Positions 8,701-16,401 of a stretch of DNA of 37,294 bases are shown here, in pieces. Source of the stretch: a virus. Every line of letters starts with the position of its first letter. Within the stretch, counting starts at the first letter, position 1. The stretch lies in the UHGV virus genome UHGV-0366526; one strand, 5' to 3'. A program made the position numbers and the translations under genes. Under the pieces are notes generated by a model. The model searched no databases, was not told the origin of the DNA, and worked only from the letters and a program-made list of their open reading frames with translations.

Positions 8701-10237
8701 CCAATTGAAGAATAATAAAACAGTAGAGGGTCAAGAATTGACAGAACAGCAAAGAGCTACTTTGCAAAATCAAACGAATATTATTCGTGATCAATTATTA
8801 CAACAGAACCAACAATTTGTTGAGGCTGGTATGAATAAGTTGGCTAATAAACAAGCATTAAGCGAGCAAGAAAAAGAACAAACTTTGACAAGCTTGCGAA
8901 CGCTTGGGGAAATTCAAGCGCAACAAGTGCAAGAAAATAACGCCCAAATTCAGCAACTAGAAACACAAAAGAACCAAGCAAAAACAGAATCTGAAAAAGC
9001 AGCTTTCCAAAATCAAATTACACAATTACAAACGCAAAATGCTCAAATACGACAAAGTGAATTAGAGCAAGGAGCTCAACTTCTATCGATTATTTCACAA
9101 AATGGTGCAAATAAAATTGCAGTGACAGCTGATAATTTAGCACAACTTAAAGGCGTTACAGACCAACAGCTTTTAGGCATTTATCAATCTTATGTAAATA
9201 ATGGTGCTAGCATTGACCAACAAATGGCTTTATTGGCAGGAATGCTACGTCAACGAGGGATTGATGGCTCTAACGGACTGGTTCAGGGATTGCAAAGTAA
9301 TGATCCAACGAAGTGGGCGAATATGTCAAGAGCTGACATTGTGAATACTTTACAAGCGTTGCCTCCTGACTTATTTAGAAATGGTCAAGACGGGAAAAAC
9401 CAGTTAATTGATGGATTAAACTCTGGAAAAACACAACTTAATAATGTTGGTAAAGAATTGATGTCTTCGATGAATAGTGGTCAATCTTCGCAAAAATCTA
9501 ATTCTAAGAAAGCTGCCGCTGATAATAGTAGTGCAGCTGCTTCTGGAACAAGAAGTAAAAGTAATGAACATAAAAATGCTGGTAAAAGCAATGCTCAACA
9601 GACAAATGCTGGAATGAATTCTGAAAAAGGAAATGCGAAGAATTCTGGAAGTCAGCTAGGTGCGGCAACAATTCAAGGATATTTAACTCAGTTACCCCCT
9701 GCAAATAATGCTGGAAGGTCTTTAGGAAATGCGGTAAGTCAGGGTGCAGGTTCTGTAGATATGAGCCCTGTAGGTTCAAATATGGCTAGAGGTGTTGCTT
9801 CTGGTATTCGTGCAAGTCAGGGCGAAGCAGTGGCTGCTATGCAAAATTTAGTAGCCGCCGTTAATGCAGAAGCACAGAAAAAAGCAAAAATTAAATCACC
9901 ATCACGCCTATTGAAATATGATGTTGGTGTTTTCCTTGCACAAGGTGTAGCTGCAGGTATTCGAGAAGATACGTCGGTTGCCGTACAAAGTGCAAAAGAT
10001 ATGATTTCAAGTATTCATCAATCTATTACGGATAGCCGTTTGATGAAACGTTCAAATGCAATTGAGGTAAAACACTCTATAGATAATACGCCAATGGGAA
10101 AAATGGTAGAAATTTTAGAAGAAATACGACATTTAACTGTCGTGATGGATACTGGCCAAGTAGTGGGAGCGCTAGGTAGCCCAATGAATCTTAATTTAGC
10201 AGAACAACAAAAGCAAGATGGGAGGTATCGTAGTTGA
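5783..10237 (+). CDS. Tail tape measure protein
   Basis: Roughly 1.49-kaa ORF with a long Q/E-rich coiled-coil centre, Gly/Ala-rich hydrophobic segments and an S/N-rich C-terminal tract. ORF track start is TTG 5759, but GTG 5783 sits 7 nt after AGGAGG. Confidence 0.9.
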   Translation: MTQSKTVTAILTARDNNFTSAMNGAVSSLKKLNSNASDIPSNLNTVNGAMKSFGDKTASIGQSIEKVGGSMTKGITLPIAGAVGAVTTAAVKWESSFTGVKKTNDEMVDSNGKVIYSYDDLEKGLRDLAKELPTSHEEIAKVAEAAGQLGIKTDKVVGFTKTMIDMGESTNMSADTAATSLARFANITQMSQDKFSNLGSAIVDLGNNLATTESEITEMGLRLAGAGKQIGMTEGDIVGFAAALSSVGIEAEAGGSAFSRLMVQMQLATETGVEAFAPLKQAVAEQGVSWESFVHAVNWGGKELTAVSKQMGIPTSELKKMYKEASKASGSLEDFANVTGRTSEEFAQLFKSNPSQALIEFIQGLKDSEKHGISAIKVLDDMGITEVRLRDSLLRAANASDVFEGAVKRGNEAFNENTALAEEAGKRYGTTESQLKILRGQLNDVAITFGGPLVAALNSAISAAKPMIEALANMAEAFASADPKTQEFILKMAALAASAGPVLKVFGKMTRFFGKTISTMFETAGNIDSKWQQFITKPIVNGSGSALQAVKGFVSKYKSNLAGLESAGVNVNVLTRFTTLGETISGLFPTLDTFRANLRASQRQLNMLGEGNKVTNFFRSFSASLQLSNSKLAKFASVVINPVGSLRNLSSAAGKSGTVLSGLGVATSKAGGGFRTFAVTGIRSIASLTGAMLSNPITAILVAITATIVGVVQAWKSNFMNIQGYVKTAFSGIVKSFKSVLPSSASVTKTIKGLGNTFKWLGTGAIVGVTFAIAGFVDGLRTIVTVGKTVVNAIMAISNGVKGLWKRLKGDSKGADKAFKDMKKSLSDIEKDWDTMFSDSALKKAAKSTEELGKKSKDTTKAISLNMEEASSSVENYSSKLDEAKQAMTELFSQQNGSTAGVETYFKNTLDLVTNLKEQQKKAVETYNKQIEAAEGKSEAEKQKIFANASSQYMKAVQTNNSDLLKVYTDYSNQLKNNKTVEGQELTEQQRATLQNQTNIIRDQLLQQNQQFVEAGMNKLANKQALSEQEKEQTLTSLRTLGEIQAQQVQENNAQIQQLETQKNQAKTESEKAAFQNQITQLQTQNAQIRQSELEQGAQLLSIISQNGANKIAVTADNLAQLKGVTDQQLLGIYQSYVNNGASIDQQMALLAGMLRQRGIDGSNGLVQGLQSNDPTKWANMSRADIVNTLQALPPDLFRNGQDGKNQLIDGLNSGKTQLNNVGKELMSSMNSGQSSQKSNSKKAAADNSSAAASGTRSKSNEHKNAGKSNAQQTNAGMNSEKGNAKNSGSQLGAATIQGYLTQLPPANNAGRSLGNAVSQGAGSVDMSPVGSNMARGVASGIRASQGEAVAAMQNLVAAVNAEAQKKAKIKSPSRLLKYDVGVFLAQGVAAGIREDTSVAVQSAKDMISSIHQSITDSRLMKRSNAIEVKHSIDNTPMGKMVEILEEIRHLTVVMDTGQVVGALGSPMNLNLAEQQKQDGRYRS

Positions 10238-10956
10238 TTGAAATTGTAGAATATATGGCCAAAGGTCGTTTTAATAGCAAAGAACATGGTTTCTACATTA
10301 TTGAACACGATGCTCCTTCAGCGGAAGAAGTGGAAATTATTGAACAGATCCCTTTCATGCAAGGTCAGTATGATTTTTCCATGCTTACAGGAGAACGAAT
10401 TTTTAGTAATCGCATTGTCACTGTTACTTTTTGGCGACCTAATACGCCATACGAAGAACGAAAGGCATTAGAGGCGAAAGTAAAAGAAGAGTTGATGATG
10501 GATGGAATTGATTACATTGATGATTCTTGGTTACGTTCAGGGCTTCGCTGGTATGGAAAATGCAAAAGTGTGAAAGCAGAAGATGACTCGTCAAGTAATT
10601 CATTAACGTTAACCGTAGAATTTGACGTGTATCCTTTTGCTTTAAGGGAAAATATTTCTTATTCCGATGTCTTTGACGAGGACTATTTCACAGACGATAG
10701 CGCCGACAATTGGACAGGCTACTATATTCACGGAAAAAGAGAAATTTTTCTTATCAATATGGGAGCGAATGCTTCTAGTCCAACAATAAAGGCAACGTCT
10801 ACAATGCAATTAACTACTGATGACGGAACAACAATAAAAGTTCCGAAAGGCGAATCGCAAGATTATTTCTTTAAATTAAAAAGAGGGACCAACCACTTAA
10901 CTATTTATGGCGAAGGTCATATCTCTTTCTTTATGTCTAGTGAGGTGATGGTCTAA
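10234..10956 (+). CDS. Distal tail protein (Dit)
   Basis: 240-aa ORF that overlaps the tape measure stop, the canonical siphovirus position. Confidence 0.65.
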   Translation: MIEIVEYMAKGRFNSKEHGFYIIEHDAPSAEEVEIIEQIPFMQGQYDFSMLTGERIFSNRIVTVTFWRPNTPYEERKALEAKVKEELMMDGIDYIDDSWLRSGLRWYGKCKSVKAEDDSSSNSLTLTVEFDVYPFALRENISYSDVFDEDYFTDDSADNWTGYYIHGKREIFLINMGANASSPTIKATSTMQLTTDDGTTIKVPKGESQDYFFKLKRGTNHLTIYGEGHISFFMSSEVMV

Positions 10957-12401
10957 TGTATCGAGTATTATTGTTTGATAATCCGAACAGAAAGAATCCA
11001 AAGATTGTTCATGAGCCATATAGCTATGGTGAGAAAATCAAAGATAGTGAAGTATATTTATCGCTTAACGGATTAGGAATTTCTACTTTTGAATTTACCT
11101 TTAATATTAACAATAAATACTATCAAAAGATTGAGCCGATTATTCACTTTATCCAGATTCTGGATGTTACAAGAAATAAAGAAATTTTTTATGGTAGAGT
11201 TGCTAAAATCACGAATAAAATGGAAGCATCAGGAAGCTTTTCTCAAACTCTTTTAGCGGAGGATGAGAAAGCTTTTTTATATGATTCTGTTCAAACCTAT
11301 ATGAAACCAACACGGATGACTGTATCTGCTTATTTACAAAAAATACTCGATGCACACAATAAACAAGTTGAAGCGCATAAGCAGTTTCGGCTTGGTGAAG
11401 TGAATGTTGTAGATAATGGGGACTTGCTAAGAGGATTAGGCTATCAAAGTACAGCGGATACCATTAAAGAAAAATTGTTGGATAGGCTGGGCGGTACGTT
11501 AACACTTCGACGCGTTGGAAATATAAATTATTTAGATTATCTATCTAATTATGGTGTGAACAGTGAAACTCCTTTACAGTTAACCAAAAATCTAAAAAGT
11601 GCTACTCGAGATATTGATATTTCTGAATTGTTTACAAGGATTGTGCCCGTCGGTCAAGATATTGAAGATACGTCAAATACTGATATTGAAGTGGGAACAG
11701 ATTTTTCACGACCTAAATACACCATCGAAAAAGTAAATGGCGGTAAGAATTACCTTGATGATGAAGCGTTAATCAAAAAATTTGGATTAAACACGGGTAT
11801 TGTAGAATTTTCAAATGTCAAAGACCCATCAATTTTAAAACGTCGAGGGTTGCAATGGCTAAAAGACCAAAGCTTGATGCTGGTAACTTGGACAGTTGAA
11901 GCCATTGAGTTAGGGCTATTGGATAAACGGTATGAATTAATCACTTTAGGAAACAGTTATAAAGTAGATAATCAATTTATTTATGCTGTAGAACGATTAC
12001 AAGTGATTGAGAAAAAATTTAGTATTTTAGAACCGCAAAAGGTTACTTTGACTATTGGTTCGAAAAAGAAAAAACTGACCGATTATCAAAACGAAATAAA
12101 AGCTATTCAATCCAATTTAGTAAACGTAAAAAAATTTGCGACGGCAGGAGTTCAAAACATATCAGAGTTGATAAAAAGACAGGAAGAATTTGACAATGAT
12201 TTATCTGTTCAAAGTAGTAAAGTTAGTTCTTTGGAAGACTTAACCAGTGAATTATCAACAACCGTGACAGAATCGACGGAAGCCTTTAAACAATTAGCAA
12301 GTGATTTAACAAATACAGTCGAATCTGTAGGTACTGCTCAAACTGAGATGAAAAAGGCGTTAGACGATTTAATTAAGCGCGTAGAGAAATTAGAAAAATA
12401 A
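10956..12401 (+). CDS. Tail-associated protein (Tal; 'prophage endopeptidase tail' N-terminal domain type) with coiled-coil C-terminus
   Basis: 481-aa ORF directly after Dit, with ATGA-type coupling. The C-terminal 100 aa are heptad-like (LSVQSSKVSSLEDLTSELSTTVTEST...). Confidence 0.6.
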   Translation: MYRVLLFDNPNRKNPKIVHEPYSYGEKIKDSEVYLSLNGLGISTFEFTFNINNKYYQKIEPIIHFIQILDVTRNKEIFYGRVAKITNKMEASGSFSQTLLAEDEKAFLYDSVQTYMKPTRMTVSAYLQKILDAHNKQVEAHKQFRLGEVNVVDNGDLLRGLGYQSTADTIKEKLLDRLGGTLTLRRVGNINYLDYLSNYGVNSETPLQLTKNLKSATRDIDISELFTRIVPVGQDIEDTSNTDIEVGTDFSRPKYTIEKVNGGKNYLDDEALIKKFGLNTGIVEFSNVKDPSILKRRGLQWLKDQSLMLVTWTVEAIELGLLDKRYELITLGNSYKVDNQFIYAVERLQVIEKKFSILEPQKVTLTIGSKKKKLTDYQNEIKAIQSNLVNVKKFATAGVQNISELIKRQEEFDNDLSVQSSKVSSLEDLTSELSTTVTESTEAFKQLASDLTNTVESVGTAQTEMKKALDDLIKRVEKLEK

Positions 12402-12415
12402 GAGAGGTGAGACGG

Positions 12416-13147
12416 TTGGCACAAGAATTTAAGGATACTCGACCAACAAATGAACCAAATACAACAGTTGATTATCAAGACCCGACCGATGTCGATGAGG
12501 TGCAAGATGAAATAAAAAACGGTGTGATTGATCCTATTTCTCAAACGTTCGCTTTGTGGATTCGAACAAAGATGTATCGACGACATGTTCGAGAATCTTT
12601 AGCTCGTATGATGGAGTATACCAGTGTTTTATTTAATAAAATAAAGGCTATTTCTGAAAATACAGAAAAACGCCAATCCAAAGTAGAACAACGTCAAACC
12701 AATTTAGAGGAACGTTTTAAAGATGTAATCGCAAATGCTACAACAGATAGCGAAGTTATCGATGCTCGAAGTAGTGAACGTTTGGGGAATTTTAAAACGT
12801 TGGATGAACGGCTAGAATATTTTGAAAATATTATTGCTTCTGTAATTCCAGTTGGTTTTGATGTAACTATTGTTCACAATTTAGGAGCTCAACCAGTCGT
12901 TAATGTTCGTACTTGGACACATGGTATAGGTGTACTGCCTTTAGGTACAGAACCAACAGGGTTATTTGGCGGTAGTGCTTCTCAATCAATTCAAAGCACT
13001 GTAAGACATGTTAATTCTTCAGAGTGCATTGTATCTATTCCTTTGGATTATACAACGGAATTTTTACCAGTAAAAATTAATGAATATAAATATTTACTTA
13101 TAGATGAAAAAAATAGTCGATCCATAGTGTTTGATTTAATTATATAG
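12416..13147 (+). CDS. Hypothetical tail tip / receptor-binding candidate
   Basis: Track start is GTG 12407, which overlaps the SD. TTG 12416 lies 8 nt after AGAGAGG. Product is about 243 aa and follows Tal. Confidence 0.4.
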   Translation: MAQEFKDTRPTNEPNTTVDYQDPTDVDEVQDEIKNGVIDPISQTFALWIRTKMYRRHVRESLARMMEYTSVLFNKIKAISENTEKRQSKVEQRQTNLEERFKDVIANATTDSEVIDARSSERLGNFKTLDERLEYFENIIASVIPVGFDVTIVHNLGAQPVVNVRTWTHGIGVLPLGTEPTGLFGGSASQSIQSTVRHVNSSECIVSIPLDYTTEFLPVKINEYKYLLIDEKNSRSIVFDLII

Positions 13148-13163
13148 AAAGGATGTTGAGAAT

Positions 13164-13616
13164 ATGGAATTAACCAGAATTTATCGAGGGATGGAGAACG
13201 GAGCAGAAGCTATTGAAGAAAATTTTGATAGTCTTGAAAAGTTACTAAATAAGTTATCTGAAACAAATATTTTAAATGTAGGTAAAAAAGTTTGGTCAGG
13301 AGCATGGTATATGGGGGAAAATCAATCAATTAATCCGAGTTTACCATTGGATCAATGTCTTTCTGGCTGGTTATTTTTATATCAACCATATAACACAAGT
13401 ACAAGCCTAGGAGACAATTGGGATTTGAACTATGTATTTGTTCCAAAAACGCATATAGTGGAATTTGGAGGTCGTGCGGTTGTTCATCATTTAGAAACAT
13501 TGAATGGAGCAAAATACAACAAATATATTTATATAAGCAATACGCAAATTTTAGGCCATAAAAATAATAATACTGCTTCAAAAACTTTTGTATTGACACG
13601 GGTGTATGCAATTTAA
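13164..13616 (+). CDS. Hypothetical tail fibre-associated protein
   Basis: 150-aa ORF with RBS aaGGAtgttgagaatATG. Confidence 0.35.
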   Translation: MELTRIYRGMENGAEAIEENFDSLEKLLNKLSETNILNVGKKVWSGAWYMGENQSINPSLPLDQCLSGWLFLYQPYNTSTSLGDNWDLNYVFVPKTHIVEFGGRAVVHHLETLNGAKYNKYIYISNTQILGHKNNNTASKTFVLTRVYAI

Positions 13617-13634
13617 GAAAGGAGAAAGTTAGCT

Positions 13635-14030
13635 ATGAAAATTTGGATTGAAAATAGAATTGGCTATTTAGAAGGTTATTCTACAATGGAACAACCAGAT
13701 AATGTTGAGCTTGAAGTGAAAAAAGAACCGTTTGATTTTATGAATTGGCGTTATGATGGCGCACAATTGATTCATGATCCAGAAAATGCACCACAACCAG
13801 AGCCAACACCACCAACCGACATTGAGGTATTACAAGCCGAAAATGCGGAATTAAAACAATTGAATTCAAAACTCATGGTTAATGACGTGAATTTAAAAAA
13901 AGAGCTTTCAGAAGTAACGAAAAAAGCAGATAATTTTGCGCAAATTAGTGCAAAATCAATGCTTGCGATTAATCAATTAACCAATCAGGTAAAAGAAATT
14001 AACGAAAAATTAGCAGAAGGAGTGGAATAA
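13635..14030 (+). CDS. Hypothetical protein (XkdW-like position), coiled-coil C-terminus
   Basis: 131-aa ORF with RBS AAGGAGaaagttagctATG. It precedes the XkdX-like peptide gene. Confidence 0.35.
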   Translation: MKIWIENRIGYLEGYSTMEQPDNVELEVKKEPFDFMNWRYDGAQLIHDPENAPQPEPTPPTDIEVLQAENAELKQLNSKLMVNDVNLKKELSEVTKKADNFAQISAKSMLAINQLTNQVKEINEKLAEGVE

Positions 14031-14031
14031 A

Positions 14032-14154
14032 ATGTTTACATTTGATGACATTAAAATGATGTATGACTGGGGCTGTTTTACAGATGAACAAGTAATGGAG
14101 TTTGTCCCACTTTGCATTACAGAAAAAGAAGCGAAAGAAATTGTCGGAAAGTAG
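14032..14154 (+). CDS. XkdX-family small phage protein (not in ORF track, 40 aa)
   Basis: ATG at 14032 lies 9 nt after AAGGAG (14017-14022). Peptide is MFTFDDIKMMYDWGCFTDEQVMEFVPLCITEKEAKEIVGK, with stop tag at 14152-14154. The W/F...T.EQ...FV....IT.EEYKEI pattern matches XkdX-like peptides upstream of holin genes. Confidence 0.45.
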   Translation: MFTFDDIKMMYDWGCFTDEQVMEFVPLCITEKEAKEIVGK

Positions 14155-14164
14155 GTAAGTAGTA

Positions 14165-14374
14165 ATGATTGAAGAGTTTGTGAGAGGTTTATTAACGAAT
14201 CCAGAGCAAGTAACGTTTACTACTCTATTTGTTGGTTTATTTATTTGGGTGATGAAACAAAATAGTGATCGCGAACGTAATTATCAAGAAACAATTGGAA
14301 AGCTTGCGGACTCGTTAAAAGATGTTGAGGACATCAAGACGACAGTAGAAAAAATTCATGAAAAATTAAATTGA
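14165..14374 (+). CDS. Holin
   Basis: 69-aa ORF with one predicted transmembrane helix (VTFTTLFVGLFIWVM) and a charged coiled C-terminus, immediately upstream of the endolysin. Confidence 0.55.
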   Translation: MIEEFVRGLLTNPEQVTFTTLFVGLFIWVMKQNSDRERNYQETIGKLADSLKDVEDIKTTVEKIHEKLN

Positions 14375-14400
14375 GGTATGGCTCTAAGCCATGCCTTTTT
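14375..14400 (+). terminator. Hairpin plus U-run between holin and lysin (attenuator/terminator-like)
   Basis: Stem GGTATGGCT(14375-14383) / AGCCATGCC(14387-14395), 9 bp with one G-U pair and a 3-nt loop, followed by TTTTTATTATT. Confidence 0.35.
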
Positions 14401-14426
14401 ATTATTAATTTTAGGAAGGTGTTTTT

Positions 14427-15533
14427 ATGAAAAAAACTGTTAAATTATTAGTAGCTGGCGCAATGACCTTAGGTTTGATGTTACCAGTTGGCGTAGATGC
14501 TTATCAAATTGAACAAGACCCAATCAATTTTGGCGGTTATTTTCCTGGCTATGCAACCAATGAATTGATTGTATTGCATGAGTCAGGAAATGGAAACAAT
14601 GTCGGTCCAAATAGTTTAGACAATGAAACAGCATATATGAAACGAAACTGGCAAAATGCGTACGTTTCATATTTTGTTGGTTCTGGTGGACGCGTGAAAC
14701 AATTAGCACCAGCTGGTCAAATTCAGTGGGGCGCAGGACCAACAGCGAATGCAAAAGCCTATGCTCAAATCGAATTAGCACGAACAAATAACAAAGAAAC
14801 GTTCAAGAAAGACTATGCAGCCTATGTTAATTTGATTCGTGATTTAGCAACTCAAATCGGCGCAACATTTGATTTAGATGATGGTACAGGTTATGGGATT
14901 GTAACTCACGATTGGGTTACCAAAACTTGGTGGGGAGATCACACCGACCCTTACGGTTATTTAGCAAGTTGGGGAATTAGTAAAGCACAATTAGCACAAG
15001 ACTTACAAACTGGACTTCCAGAAGACGGTCATGATGTTATTGTAAACCCCGGCAAACCAAACAAGCCTAAATATAAAGTAGGGCAGAATGTTCGCTTTAC
15101 AACAATCTACAAAACTCCAGATGCGCCAATCGAGCAACATATCAATGCAAATACTTTATGGACACAAGTTGGTACAATCACACAGAAATTAGATGGTCGT
15201 AAAAACCTATATCGGATTGAAAATAGCGGTAAATTATTAGGCTATGCAAACGATGGAGATATTGCGGAGCTTTGGGAAAATAGCAAACCGAAACCAGCTA
15301 AAGTTTTTACTATCGGTGTAAATGAAGGAATTGTATTACGTGCTGGCTCACCTAGTCTATATGCGCCAGTATATGGTATTTGGCCAAAAGGCGCACAATT
15401 CCGATATGATTCTGCTCACGTGGCAGATGGCTATGTTTGGCTAGGTGGAACAGACTCAAACGGAACAAGAATTTACATTCCGGTTGGTCCAAATGATGGT
15501 GATCCAAATAATACTTGGGGAACTGGTTATTAG
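14427..15533 (+). CDS. Endolysin: N-acetylmuramoyl-L-alanine amidase (PGRP/Amidase_2-like) with N-terminal signal peptide and two C-terminal SH3b-like repeats
   Basis: The N-terminus MKKTVKLLVAGAMTLGLMLPVGVDA-YQ has n-, h- and c-regions with an AXA-like cleavage site. The central block HESGNG...WVTKTWWGDHTDPYGY is an amidase_2-type catalytic region. The C-terminus carries two roughly 65-aa repeats (YKVGQNVRF... / FTIGVNEGIVLRAG...) typical of SH3_5 wall-binding modules. Confidence 0.85.
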   Translation: MKKTVKLLVAGAMTLGLMLPVGVDAYQIEQDPINFGGYFPGYATNELIVLHESGNGNNVGPNSLDNETAYMKRNWQNAYVSYFVGSGGRVKQLAPAGQIQWGAGPTANAKAYAQIELARTNNKETFKKDYAAYVNLIRDLATQIGATFDLDDGTGYGIVTHDWVTKTWWGDHTDPYGYLASWGISKAQLAQDLQTGLPEDGHDVIVNPGKPNKPKYKVGQNVRFTTIYKTPDAPIEQHINANTLWTQVGTITQKLDGRKNLYRIENSGKLLGYANDGDIAELWENSKPKPAKVFTIGVNEGIVLRAGSPSLYAPVYGIWPKGAQFRYDSAHVADGYVWLGGTDSNGTRIYIPVGPNDGDPNNTWGTGY

Positions 15534-15559
15534 AATATGCATAAATTGGAGTGATTGAT

Positions 15560-15643
15560 ATGTTAGCGGTCATACTTTCAATAATCGCATTGGCGTTAAG
15601 TTGTTTTTCGTGGGGATACAGAATTGGTAAAGAGAGTAAATAA
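15560..15643 (+). CDS. Candidate small hydrophobic peptide (27 aa)
   Basis: ATG at 15560 lies 7 nt after GGAGTG. Peptide is MLAVILSIIALALSCFSWGYRIGKESK: one transmembrane segment followed by a short charged tail. Confidence 0.25.
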   Translation: MLAVILSIIALALSCFSWGYRIGKESK

Positions 15644-15663
15644 AATTTCTAATCATAGAAGTA

Positions 15664-15761
15664 TTGAAAAATCTCTCAAAATTTTTTATAATATCCTTAC
15701 ATTTGGTGCATTATTAAATTTCTCGTTCACACTCTATCAATGATTGATAGGGTGCTTTTTA
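15664..15761 (+). ncRNA. Candidate small RNA unit 0 (promoter to terminator)
   Basis: TTGAAA at 15664-15669, 17-nt spacer, TATAAT at 15687-15692. Then about 60 nt ending in the hairpin CACTCTATCAA(15730-15740)/TTGATAGGGTG(15744-15754) plus CTTTTTATT. No ORF. Confidence 0.35.
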
Positions 15762-15764
15762 TTG

Positions 15765-15895
15765 TTGAAATTTAGAATAAATAGGTTTAAAATATAGTTA
15801 CCTTTTAATAAATTCATAGTATGACCTTCTTTTATTAATAATACAAGAAGGGTGCACCTATCTTTTTCCAAGTCCTAAGATAGGTGCATTTTTTT
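15765..15895 (+). ncRNA. Candidate small RNA unit 1 (promoter to terminator)
   Basis: TTGAAA at 15765-15770, 17-nt spacer, TAAAAT at 15788-15793. The transcribed segment has an internal hairpin CCTTCTT...AAGAAGG and the terminator TGCACCTATCTT(15853-15864)/AAGATAGGTGCA(15877-15888) plus T7 (15889-15895). Confidence 0.4.
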
Positions 15896-15896
15896 A

Positions 15897-16010
15897 TTGA
15901 AATATTTCTAAAGCTTGTATAAAATAGTAATAGGCCTTTTTGGTAAAGGTTGCATGGTTTTCTCAATTGTAACGGAGCTCTCTATGTTTTATAGAGAGCT
16001 CTCTTTTTTT
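15897..16010 (+). ncRNA. Candidate small RNA unit 2 (promoter to terminator)
   Basis: TTGAAA at 15897-15902, 17-nt spacer, TAAAAT at 15920-15925. Small hairpin CCTTTttggtAAAGG, then terminator GAGCTCTCTAT(15975-15985)/ATAGAGAGCTC(15991-16001) plus TCTTTTTTT. Confidence 0.4.
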
Positions 16011-16011
16011 G

Positions 16012-16116
16012 TTGAAATTCAAAAAAGAAAGCGGTAAAATATATTCACCAAACAATTTTATTTTTCATTTTATTACTACCTCTTGCCGCCTTTCCCCAAT
16101 GAGGCGGCATCTTTTT
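16012..16116 (+). ncRNA. Candidate small RNA unit 3 (promoter to terminator)
   Basis: TTGAAA at 16012-16017, 17-nt spacer, TAAAAT at 16035-16040. Then about 70 nt of U/A-rich sequence containing ACCUCU, ending in TGCCGCCT(16084-16091)/AGGCGGCA(16102-16109) plus TCTTTTT. Confidence 0.4.
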
Positions 16117-16212
16117 ACATAAAGTTAAGCAAAAATATTAATTTTAAAGTTAGTAACAGCATAGAAGTTGATAAAAATTTATAGTATAATTTTTAAAAGA
16201 GAGGTGCATATT

Positions 16213-16401
16213 ATGAAACAATTTAAAGCTCGAAAGAAACCTGTTACAGTTAATGCGTATCAAACTAGTAAAAAAATAGAAATCAAAACAATAGAAGGGA
16301 TACTTACTGCTCAACCAGGTGATTATATAGTTACTGGCATCGATGGTGAACAATGGCCTGTAAAGAAATCTATTTTTGAAAAAACATATGAACGTATTTA
16401 G
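16213..16401 (+). CDS. Hypothetical small protein (62 aa)
   Basis: Track start is TTG 16168. ATG 16213 lies 8 nt after AGAGAGG. Product is MKQFKARKKPVTVNAYQ...AQPGDYIVTGIDGEQWPVKK... Its stop abuts the stop of the convergent TIR-like gene. Confidence 0.45.
   Translation: MKQFKARKKPVTVNAYQTSKKIEIKTIEGILTAQPGDYIVTGIDGEQWPVKKSIFEKTYERI

Noticed and set aside
15664-16116. CRISPR array or toxIN-like repeat array
   Set aside because: The four units share promoter/terminator architecture but have no identical repeat sequence or regular spacer structure.
16168-16212. TTG start at 16168 for the small ORF, and TTGATA/TATAAT as its promoter
   Set aside because: The TTG has no SD. ATG 16213 lies 8 nt after AGAGAGG. 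The TTGATA(16168)/TATAAT(16185) pair has only an 11-nt spacer, so it is not called as a promoter.
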